A stretch of DNA of 25,305 nt from a virus. Lineage: Duplodnaviria > Caudoviricetes. A model generated the notes under the pieces. That model ran no database searches. It was not told the DNA's origin and saw nothing but the letters and a program-made list of their open reading frames with translations. A program made the position numbers and the translations under genes. The stretch lies in IMG/VR virus record IMGVR_UViG_3300006737_000188, positions 1 through 25,305 of that record, one strand, 5' to 3'. Shown here one piece after another: positions 1 to 8,144 of this stretch; the stretch's first letter is position 1; each line of letters opens with the position of its first letter.

Positions 1-1
1 C

Positions 2-3000
2 ATCTTCCTTTTTTCTTTGCTCGTGAAGTTTTTCATCTATTTGTATTAACTCTTCAACTTCTTTCTCGTCCATCATGTCAACATTCTCGTTGTTTTCTTT
101 GATATAAGCGTTTCGTTCTAAAGTAATATCCATATACTCGCTTATCAATCTCATTTTTTTATCCGAAGTTAAAGTTGGATTTTTTAATTTATCTGAAATA
201 TTTTTTAGTCTGTTGTTATATAAATCTATCTTCATTTCATAGGTTTTACCTACAAAAGGCCTTATAAAATTATTAGCTATAACACCAGGCATAGTAACAG
301 TACGCTCCATAATAAGACCTTGAGCCATAGATTCAGGAGCGTCTCTCCATATGCTCACCTCGTTCATGCCATAAATAAATTTATCGCCTAAGTTTTGCCC
401 AAACACCGTTGCAGCTCCTTCTGACAACGACTCTCCAGTCATATAATAAGCGCCAAGACCTAAGCTTTTTGGCTGAAAAGTTTTCTTAAAAGTATCAACA
501 AAACCAGTGTGTATACGTTTTTTTAAAGGATTTGGTGTTCTTTTTAGTATACCAAGTGTAAATTTTTCAGTAGTGTACTCAGCGCCAAATATAAGACCAG
601 CGTGCATCCATCTTTGTGCCAAACTATAATCAGTGGTACCAAGTTGATTTGAAAATCTAGATTCATCCAAACTACTACCTGCTGCAGAGCCAGCAAGAAT
701 TGATAACCCAGCGGTACCACCACTAGCATATAGTACTACAAGTTGTGGCAAGAACTGAGATACAGATCCAAATATATACATACCGTAATCTTCAGCAGAT
801 TTAAGATTTCCCCACTCTGGCATTACTGTAACACCATTATGTAATTCTGCAACAAAGTTTTTTAATTCCGCCTTATAACCGCTGGTATATTGACCGGTAA
901 ATTTACCATTTTCAACAATAGGTATACCTCCCCTCCATTCCTCAAAAGAATCTCCCCAACCTTCAAGCGTTGACGTAATAGCGTTAATAGTAGGGTATTC
1001 ATCTGTCCAATGACCTGGTACTATTTTCTCTATATTCATAGGTATCTCAGCTATCACGCCTTCAATACCACTAACAATAGATGTTGCGCTAGCTAAAAGT
1101 TTAGCAGCAGCAAAAGTTATAGGATGTCCATTTCTTGATATATGATTGTGAAACTCAATAAGTTCTTCTTCATCTTTAACAAGACTTTCTGCTGTTAGTA
1201 AGTACTTGTTATATGCAACTACATTACTTTTTTGTTGATCTTGTAGGGTTTTTATTTGTATGCGTTCGTTTTCTAATTCTTTTTGTGCAGTGTTGTATTC
1301 AGCTTTTAAATCATTAGCTTCTTTTACAATGCTATTATATGCGTTGTATTGATATTCACCCCATTTAAAAGGACCATATGTTACTGGTTTACCTATTCGC
1401 TCAAACTTTAAATCAATCTCTTCTGATTTAGCTGTAAAATAATTTGCTTTTTCTTCGGCTTTTGTTCTATATGATTTTAACAACTTACTTATTTCAACTT
1501 GCCCATCTTCAATAAGACCTATTGTTGTTTTTAAAAGTGTAACATTTTTTTTAGCATCTTTGCCTAAAGTTTTTAACGCGGCTTCTGTGTCTTTTGTTAG
1601 TTTTTTCTGAGTGGCTGGCGTTGTAAGTTGCCACCATGATTGATTGTTGTCAACATAATTTTCTACATTGTTTTGTGTTATTTCAGCTGCAGCATCGTCA
1701 ATAAACATTTGGTTCATCTCTCTTCTAATATTTCTTTCGGTAGTCCATTGAAAAGGAAACTCTTCTTGAACCACGTGCTTCCCATCAATATATTGATACT
1801 TTTGTCCGTTTGATTGGTTTAAATAATAATCACCACTTTGAACAAATTCATCTCCAGCGCCTTCAGATGGAGTATTATCAAAAACTTTATACAAAGGAAC
1901 TCCTTCAAAATTTGGATCAAGAGTACCTGTTATAAATCTATATGGGCCTACGTTGTCAGTTATCAATCCTCTTTCTTTATCTAACTTTTGCAGTTTGTTC
2001 CTAGCTTTTAAATATTTAAAATATGTCCAAGTACCCTTTATAGACAGCTGTAACTTTCTTTCATTTATAAATTTAGGATCGCTAACAAGTGCTCTTAATT
2101 TATTACAGTCCCAGCCTAAGTAACTGCTTTTTACAACTTTACCACCACTATATTTACAAGGATTTGACCCTACACCCCAAGCTAAATTATGTACAATTTT
2201 TCCATTTTGATCTTTTACAATATAACTTCCCTGATTTTCATTGGTAAGAGAAAGTGCACTAGGATTATAATAATCACCTTGCTTTGCTACTAAAGCATTA
2301 TACTTTCTAATTTTTGAAAGAATATCATCAATAGCACTTTTGTTTTTAGCAACAACAGCATTTTCTTGTTTTTCTGATGGAGAAAATCTATAAGCGTTTT
2401 CTAATGGAGTAGAATACTTTATTGCTTGTTCACTATCTAAATTAGATTGATTTCTCCACCTATTAATTTGATTTCTTTTTCTTTTTTTCTCATATAAATC
2501 AATCTCTTCTATGGTCATGGGAGTCCAAGTGTTACCTTCGTCGCTTGACTTCGTATACGGTCCTAACATCATATCTGGACCTCCACCTTGATACCAAAAA
2601 TTATCATCAAGACCATCGCCGTATTGATCATTTTCTTTTGCGTATTTATCTTCCCACCATCCAACAGGCTGTACAATACCATCAGTACCCCTACCGTTTT
2701 GATTTGCTAATTCATGAGAAGGGGCTAAAAAATTAAAATCATCGGTATACATTTCGTTTATTTCTTCCCAATTAATATCTGCTATTTTAGGGATTTGATT
2801 AGGATTTGTATCAAAAGATCTTTTATCTATTGTACTAGCATACGCGTTTAACAGTTTTGGATCATAACCTTGTAAATCTGGAAACTTTTTACCTACAATA
2901 CTCCAGAAGTCAAAATCTTCAACATCAATATTATCAGAATCAACACCTTCTTTATACCTAGATGGTGAAGAGTTTAGTGCAGTTATTACAAATTCTTTTA

Positions 3001-3313
3001 ACACGTCTTTTAAAGCGTTAGATTTTTGATAAGGATTTTTACTTGTGTCAACTTTTTTTATTGGTGGAGGTGGTACAAAATCTTTTAAATCGTTACCTTG
3101 TTTATAAAAACTAAAAGCAGCTCTAGATATACGTCCCCAATCCCCGTCGGCACCGTCTTTATTAGGACCAGTTTTACCAAGATCAGCACCGAGATCTACT
3201 AGCTGCTTTTGAACAAGTTTAACCTGTTCTCTGTTCATTTTAATAATATCACCAGTAGTAACATTATTAATGTTTATAACGTCTTTTATTTCGATTTCTT
3301 CCGTGTTATTCAT
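2..3313 (-). CDS. Large internal virion/ejection (cargo) protein, 3'-truncated at the window edge (>1104 aa); N-terminal peptidoglycan-binding-like motif
   Basis: ATG at 3313 (MNNTEEIEIKDVIN...), read by hand with no in-frame stop found to the edge; absent from the ORF track, consistent with having no stop in the window. N-terminus VKLVQKQLVDLGADLGKTGPNKDGADGDWGRISRAA resembles PG_binding_1. Also has coiled-coil stretches and a Gly/Ala-rich hydrophobic segment (IFGSVSQFLPQLVVLYASGGTAGLSILAGSAAGSSL). Last gene after the tail cluster. Confidence 0.8.
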   Translation of the reverse strand, partial: MNNTEEIEIKDVININNVTTGDIIKMNREQVKLVQKQLVDLGADLGKTGPNKDGADGDWGRISRAAFSFYKQGNDLKDFVPPPPIKKVDTSKNPYQKSNALKDVLKEFVITALNSSPSRYKEGVDSDNIDVEDFDFWSIVGKKFPDLQGYDPKLLNAYASTIDKRSFDTNPNQIPKIADINWEEINEMYTDDFNFLAPSHELANQNGRGTDGIVQPVGWWEDKYAKENDQYGDGLDDNFWYQGGGPDMMLGPYTKSSDEGNTWTPMTIEEIDLYEKKRKRNQINRWRNQSNLDSEQAIKYSTPLENAYRFSPSEKQENAVVAKNKSAIDDILSKIRKYNALVAKQGDYYNPSALSLTNENQGSYIVKDQNGKIVHNLAWGVGSNPCKYSGGKVVKSSYLGWDCNKLRALVSDPKFINERKLQLSIKGTWTYFKYLKARNKLQKLDKERGLITDNVGPYRFITGTLDPNFEGVPLYKVFDNTPSEGAGDEFVQSGDYYLNQSNGQKYQYIDGKHVVQEEFPFQWTTERNIRREMNQMFIDDAAAEITQNNVENYVDNNQSWWQLTTPATQKKLTKDTEAALKTLGKDAKKNVTLLKTTIGLIEDGQVEISKLLKSYRTKAEEKANYFTAKSEEIDLKFERIGKPVTYGPFKWGEYQYNAYNSIVKEANDLKAEYNTAQKELENERIQIKTLQDQQKSNVVAYNKYLLTAESLVKDEEELIEFHNHISRNGHPITFAAAKLLASATSIVSGIEGVIAEIPMNIEKIVPGHWTDEYPTINAITSTLEGWGDSFEEWRGGIPIVENGKFTGQYTSGYKAELKNFVAELHNGVTVMPEWGNLKSAEDYGMYIFGSVSQFLPQLVVLYASGGTAGLSILAGSAAGSSLDESRFSNQLGTTDYSLAQRWMHAGLIFGAEYTTEKFTLGILKRTPNPLKKRIHTGFVDTFKKTFQPKSLGLGAYYMTGESLSEGAATVFGQNLGDKFIYGMNEVSIWRDAPESMAQGLIMERTVTMPGVIANNFIRPFVGKTYEMKIDLYNNRLKNISDKLKNPTLTSDKKMRLISEYMDITLERNAYIKENNENVDMMDEKEVEELIQIDEKLHEQRKKED

Positions 3314-3328
3314 ATTAATAATAGTTTA

Positions 3329-4891
3329 TTATCTACCCTCGTAACCAAAGTCGTAGTTAGGATCAACATTGCTATATATACCACCGTATGTGTTTATTAA
3401 CTCGTGACGCGTGTGAACCGTTCTGTCAGCACCTGTAAAAGGAGTTTTGTTAGGATATCCATGAGCTACATAATTACCTGTACTTGGATCAAACTTGTAT
3501 ATTATTTTATTTCTACCACCAAGGGTAATATATTGTTGACCTTCTGATATAGCTAAAACAGTGTTGTAATCTTCAACTTCATTTCCTCTTGTTGGAGCTA
3601 TTACTGTTTTACCAAATAATTCAATTGTTCTGTTTTGAGCATTTTTTGGTAAACCTTTTAGATATGATGCTTTGTATTTTTCTTCTATTATTTCTTTAAA
3701 ATGACCAATTAAAAGTTTTTTAGACCTTTCAAGATTAAAATTAGGATTTTCTATATCTGTTAAGACTTTAATCATTTCATTGTAATTTTCTCTAAATATT
3801 CTTGGGTTTGCGGCGTTTTCAATATCGTTTTGATCTATAACACCGTCTCCGCCAAACGCTTCTATCATTTCCTCAAACATTTCCTTAAACGTTGCATCCA
3901 TTAATTCTAATTGTATACCATATTTTCCACTAAACTTTAATTCTGTAAGAAAAGAAGGTCTACCAAGCGTTATGTTTCTGTTACTACCACCCATACCAAC
4001 TCTTCTTAAGCCTAAGCTTCTAAAGTGTTCTGGTGTTTGTATTATAACATCTAATTGAGATAAAATTTCGTCAACATTTAAATTTGATGATTCATTTGCT
4101 TTTCCTCGATCAAAAGCTTGTTCTTCTATATCGTTTACAAGAGCTATTATTTGATTGTCTTTTTCTAACAAAGCTGCTGGAAAATTTTCTCTCATTTGAT
4201 CTATGTTAAAAGCTGCTTCACCAGTCATATACTCTTCTGTTATAAAACCAACAACAGAAGTTGGATCTGGATTTCTAACGCTTTTATACTCTTTTTTAAA
4301 GTTTCTTGCATAAAAAGTTAATTTACCATCTACAAAGCCAACATAAACATCTGGGTCGTTGTCTATATCAATACCCATCATTTTGTTTTGAGCAGCTATA
4401 ACATCAGCGCTTAAAGCACCATCAATCCATGAATCTTTTTGTTCATATAATAACTCAAATGTTTGCCTAGCGTTATAAGCCTCGTTTATAACTCTTTCAA
4501 GTTCAGAACTCAACCTTGTTCTTGCTCTTTGGTTTTCAACATTATCATCTCTACCATATGTGTTAACAGCCATAAATTCTTCTTGAAGTCTCCTTACTTC
4601 CATGTCTAAAGCATCGATAACTTTTTGACTCATTGTTTCACCTTTGTCAATAAGTTTTTGTTTTTGTTTTTGCAATGTTTTTTGAAATTCACTTAACTGC
4701 TTGTGTCTACCTACCTCCATTTTTTGCTCTAACTCTATATAACCTTTGAACACATTATCCATTGCTTTATAATAACTAGCTGTAGCGTCTATAGCACCTT
4801 GATATAAAGGCGTTAAATCTGGAGCAGTTACTTTTGCTTGTGATAAGCTGTGTTTAAAAGATGCTTCTATTAATTTGTTATCTATTGCCAT
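3329..4891 (-). CDS. Putative internal virion/ejection protein (520 aa)
   Basis: Long ORF with a charged helical N-terminal half, located between a pilot-like protein and the giant cargo gene; function inferred from synteny only. Confidence 0.55.
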   Translation of the reverse strand: MAIDNKLIEASFKHSLSQAKVTAPDLTPLYQGAIDATASYYKAMDNVFKGYIELEQKMEVGRHKQLSEFQKTLQKQKQKLIDKGETMSQKVIDALDMEVRRLQEEFMAVNTYGRDDNVENQRARTRLSSELERVINEAYNARQTFELLYEQKDSWIDGALSADVIAAQNKMMGIDIDNDPDVYVGFVDGKLTFYARNFKKEYKSVRNPDPTSVVGFITEEYMTGEAAFNIDQMRENFPAALLEKDNQIIALVNDIEEQAFDRGKANESSNLNVDEILSQLDVIIQTPEHFRSLGLRRVGMGGSNRNITLGRPSFLTELKFSGKYGIQLELMDATFKEMFEEMIEAFGGDGVIDQNDIENAANPRIFRENYNEMIKVLTDIENPNFNLERSKKLLIGHFKEIIEEKYKASYLKGLPKNAQNRTIELFGKTVIAPTRGNEVEDYNTVLAISEGQQYITLGGRNKIIYKFDPSTGNYVAHGYPNKTPFTGADRTVHTRHELINTYGGIYSNVDPNYDFGYEGR

Positions 4892-4895
4892 GTTA

Positions 4896-5603
4896 TTATG
4901 TTAAAAATTCTGTATTATACCCAAAATATTCGTCTCTAAATAAATCACCCTCATTTGCTTTCATACCAGTACTTACTGTACCTTGAATAGCTTGTATTAA
5001 AGCTTGCTGTTGAGCTATCTGTGCGCTCATTTGGTTTGCTTGAGCTTGAGAAAAAGCCGCGTTAGCACCAGTAGCTTCACCCATTTGCATGCCAAGTAAA
5101 GTTGCTTGTCTATCTCTTTTTGCTTGTTCGCTGTTTTGTAGGCCTTGTTTTTCTGCTAATTGATTTTGCATAGAACCTTGTGCTGCTAGTCTTTGGTTTG
5201 ATGCCTCTTGTTGTCCTATACCAGCGGATATTCTTTGTATTTGTAAAGCACCTTGATTAGCTAATGTTTGAGCCAAACCACTAATACCACTAGCACCAGC
5301 CGCATCACGTAGTCCACCCATTACATCTGCTAATTGTTGAGAGGATTGTTGGGCTTGAAATTGAGCTGCTTGCTGATTTACAGTTAAATCTTCAAAAGCG
5401 TTTTCCATGTTTTCAAAAGGATTTTTAAACTGCATACTTCTATACCTTTCCTTTTCTATATCTAACAGCTCTTGTTGTTTTATTCTTTCTTTTTTAGCGT
5501 CTCTAGCTTGTGCCGCTGCTAATCTTCTATTTTTATTAGCGCTCTGAACACCCATATATCCAGTTAACGCCGAAACACCAACTGCTACTGCACCCCAAGC
5601 CAT
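4896..5603 (-). CDS. Putative DNA ejection/pilot protein (235 aa), analogous to P22 gp7 or T7 gp14
   Basis: Hydrophobic Gly/Ala N-terminus (MAWGAVAVGVSALTGYMG) followed by Gln/Ala-rich coiled coil, the typical composition of the first ejection protein in podoviruses. Confidence 0.65.
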   Translation of the reverse strand: MAWGAVAVGVSALTGYMGVQSANKNRRLAAAQARDAKKERIKQQELLDIEKERYRSMQFKNPFENMENAFEDLTVNQQAAQFQAQQSSQQLADVMGGLRDAAGASGISGLAQTLANQGALQIQRISAGIGQQEASNQRLAAQGSMQNQLAEKQGLQNSEQAKRDRQATLLGMQMGEATGANAAFSQAQANQMSAQIAQQQALIQAIQGTVSTGMKANEGDLFRDEYFGYNTEFLT

Positions 5604-5628
5604 AATATATATTTTTTAATTAATATTC

Positions 5629-6123
5629 TCATTTTTTATTTTTTATAAATTCTTCATAGTCATCCCAATCAAACACTACGTTTATTTTTGCTAACTCATC
5701 TAAATCTTGAGTGTTTGTAGGATTTGCATGTACTGTTACTATAACACAATCTTCAATAGCATAAACAATTCTTTTAGCGCCTTGTGGTGACACTATATAA
5801 CATGGCGCAACAAACTCGTCAATACCATCTTCTTTTGTTCCTGCTAGTAAACCTGATAGTAAAAAAAAGCCATAACTGTGTTTGTGTATTGCTGAAAAAC
5901 CTAATTGACCTTTTTTCATTTTCATTTCTCGCATGTACAAACCGTTTGCAAAAGAGTGTTTGTATTCCCAAAGTCCTTCAGCATAAGTTATTTCTTTACC
6001 GTTGCCAATTATATTTTCGCCGTCCGCAATACTAACAAAATAATCTTCTATTTGTTTTACCTTTTCTTTATAAGATTTTGCTGGTGTATTATCAAATATT
6101 TTTTGTAATTCGTTTTTAGACAT
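5629..6123 (-). CDS. Cupin-fold protein (164 aa)
   Basis: HSFANGLYMREMKMKKG...IHKHSYGFFLLSG...APCYIVSPQGAKRIVYAIEDCVIVTVH fits the two-motif cupin beta-barrel pattern seen in phage tail/ejection regions; TGA stop. Confidence 0.7.
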   Translation of the reverse strand: MSKNELQKIFDNTPAKSYKEKVKQIEDYFVSIADGENIIGNGKEITYAEGLWEYKHSFANGLYMREMKMKKGQLGFSAIHKHSYGFFLLSGLLAGTKEDGIDEFVAPCYIVSPQGAKRIVYAIEDCVIVTVHANPTNTQDLDELAKINVVFDWDDYEEFIKNKK

Positions 6124-6167
6124 AATTTAATTTAATTTATATCTAATATAGTCACAGTTTTTGTGCT

Positions 6168-6563
6168 TTATTTACTACTTATAGACACTTGCGAGCCAAC
6201 AGAAAACAATTCGTTTCTATTGTTGTAGTCGTTATTTACAAATTCACATAAAGCATAATAACCTTTTAAACTACTACTATTTACAGATAAATTCTTTTTA
6301 AAAGTAATAAAACTTTGTGCAGACAAATTAAAAACAGAATTTATTTGAGCGCTAGTCAAACCTATTGAACTAAAGTTAAAACCTATATAACTTTCTTCTG
6401 TGTTTATTTCTGTAACTTCGCCAATTAATTTTGTTGTGACATAAGTAGAAAAACCACCAATAGAAGAACTTATGGGATTACAATACAAAAGATCTCCAAT
6501 TTGTAGAGAAAAATTTATATCAAAATTTAAATTACCTATACTAGCCTCAGTGTTTAATGCCAT
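6168..6563 (-). CDS. Small tail-associated protein (131 aa), resembling the C-terminal segment of tail hub/stabilization proteins
   Basis: INFSLQIGDLLY at the N-terminus and SSLKGYYALCEFVNN...ELFSVGSQVSISSK at the C-terminus; beta-rich; tightly packed in the operon. Confidence 0.55.
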   Translation of the reverse strand: MALNTEASIGNLNFDINFSLQIGDLLYCNPISSSIGGFSTYVTTKLIGEVTEINTEESYIGFNFSSIGLTSAQINSVFNLSAQSFITFKKNLSVNSSSLKGYYALCEFVNNDYNNRNELFSVGSQVSISSK

Positions 6564-6573
6564 GTTTATTTTA

Positions 6574-8142
6574 TTATGTTGCGGTTAATATTTTTTCTAA
6601 ATCAAGACGTATAACTACATCTGATGCTCCAGCTTCAAGTACTTCAACCTCACCTGTTATCGTAGCTATTCTACTAGCGCCGCCAAATGTTAGTGTTATA
6701 CCATCTTCTAAAGTTTGTGCCGCGCTAAGAACTATAGTTCCATTACCGTTTACAGCGCCAGCACCACTATCTACAGTAGGTATTGCTGCAGAAACATCAA
6801 TACCAACACCTGTTACAGTACTAACTTTATCTCTTATACCAGCTCTTTCGTCTACAGTTACATTTGTACTGTTGCTAACAACTCCATCTACAGTAGTTGT
6901 TACTGGTGTTAATTCTACTTTTAAATTACTAAATTTAAGATCATAACCACTAAGGCTTTTAATAGACGAAGAACCATAACCATATATTTTTATATCGTTA
7001 TCTTTTAAAGCGTCTGCTTGTTGTAGATTAAAAACAACATTACCAGCTTGACTAGTTACAACACCGTTTGTCAAAACAGCCGGAGCTGTTGGCTCTATTG
7101 CTTTCACAAAATCAATAGTAGAATCTTTAGTATAAGATTTTGAGATAAAAGAACCTAATGAAGTTTTTTGTTTTTTTACAACTGTTTCTTCAACTGTTAC
7201 CTTGTAATCGCTTATTACCGTGCCAGCAGTAACGTCAGAAGATGGAGCCAAAAACATACCAGGTAGCAAACCAACAATGTTGTTTATTGGCCATCTATAA
7301 TAAGTAGATGAACTTACGTCTTCACCAGAAATAGGTAAACTAGCGCTACCAATAGTTCTCTCTACATAAGCAGCGAAATCTTCTGCCAAGGGCTGTCTTT
7401 GTATAACAAAATTTCTATTCGTATTAGCTGTAGCTACAATAGTGAATGATAATTTTTCCCCTCTATTTCTACCACTTACGGTTACGGCGTCGGTGGTTAT
7501 GCTAACACCACTAAAACCAGTTAATGCGTTTGGAGAAATAGCCGTTAATGTAACTGTTTTATCAGCTTCTTGGTATATTTTTTTTAACAACACCGCGGAA
7601 TCAGATCCACTAGAAGAATTAAAATCCACAGTGTTATCAGCGTATCTAGCTTCTTTATATTGACTATGTTTTGTGTTTTCTTGTAAACTAGCTATTAAAT
7701 AAAAATCATAAGTATCAGTATTAGTATCAGGTAAAGCAGGAAACTTAATACTTCCGTTATATGCTCTAGACTTAATAATTTCTTGTAAACTATTTGGTGT
7801 GGTTGTAAATGTTTCAGTTGTAAAGTTGTAATAGTTATCGTGGTTGTTTTTTACTATTAAAGTAAATACAGAATTACTATCACCTTGCACTATAAAACGT
7901 CTACTTTCGCCAGCGGCTTTAATATTACTAAGATCTATGTTAAAATTTTTTATAACTTTTGTTTTTTCATCTTGCGCGCTTTTGTTGTATAATTTTTCAT
8001 GCTCAACGTCTGACATAAGAGTTCCATCTGGCATATAGTGAAAACCAGGTGGAGCTGGAGCTCTATCGGTTTGTGTAATAGAACTGCTAGAAGAGTATGA
8101 TGAACTTGATGAACTTGATGAACCTCCGTATCCGTTTGCCAT
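6574..8142 (-). CDS. Beta-rich structural/tail protein (522 aa) with Ser-rich N-terminus and HxMPDGxxM motif
   Basis: Thr/Ser/Val/Gly-rich sequence typical of tail appendages; starts 2 nt after the muzzle stop codon. Confidence 0.6.
   Translation of the reverse strand: MANGYGGSSSSSSSSYSSSSSITQTDRAPAPPGFHYMPDGTLMSDVEHEKLYNKSAQDEKTKVIKNFNIDLSNIKAAGESRRFIVQGDSNSVFTLIVKNNHDNYYNFTTETFTTTPNSLQEIIKSRAYNGSIKFPALPDTNTDTYDFYLIASLQENTKHSQYKEARYADNTVDFNSSSGSDSAVLLKKIYQEADKTVTLTAISPNALTGFSGVSITTDAVTVSGRNRGEKLSFTIVATANTNRNFVIQRQPLAEDFAAYVERTIGSASLPISGEDVSSSTYYRWPINNIVGLLPGMFLAPSSDVTAGTVISDYKVTVEETVVKKQKTSLGSFISKSYTKDSTIDFVKAIEPTAPAVLTNGVVTSQAGNVVFNLQQADALKDNDIKIYGYGSSSIKSLSGYDLKFSNLKVELTPVTTTVDGVVSNSTNVTVDERAGIRDKVSTVTGVGIDVSAAIPTVDSGAGAVNGNGTIVLSAAQTLEDGITLTFGGASRIATITGEVEVLEAGASDVVIRLDLEKILTAT
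8098..8123. repeat. 9-bp tandem repeat (TGATGAACT x~3) encoding a poly-Ser tract
   Basis: tgatgaact tgatgaact tgatgaac read directly. Confidence 0.8.
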
Positions 8143-8144
8143 GT

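Noticed and set aside
2905-2945. DSDNIDVEDFDF as a possible virion RNA polymerase catalytic motif
   Set aside because: Does not match DxDxD in a double-psi beta-barrel context; it is an acidic linker near the N-terminus.
5620-5631. TGA stop of the cupin as a readthrough site
   Set aside because: An in-frame TAA follows after two codons, so readthrough would add only three residues and no fusion.
6557-6946. 129-aa plus-strand ORF and the other 60-94 aa ORFs overlapping long genes
   Set aside because: Overlap long minus-strand genes, antisense or out of frame; no recognisable motifs.
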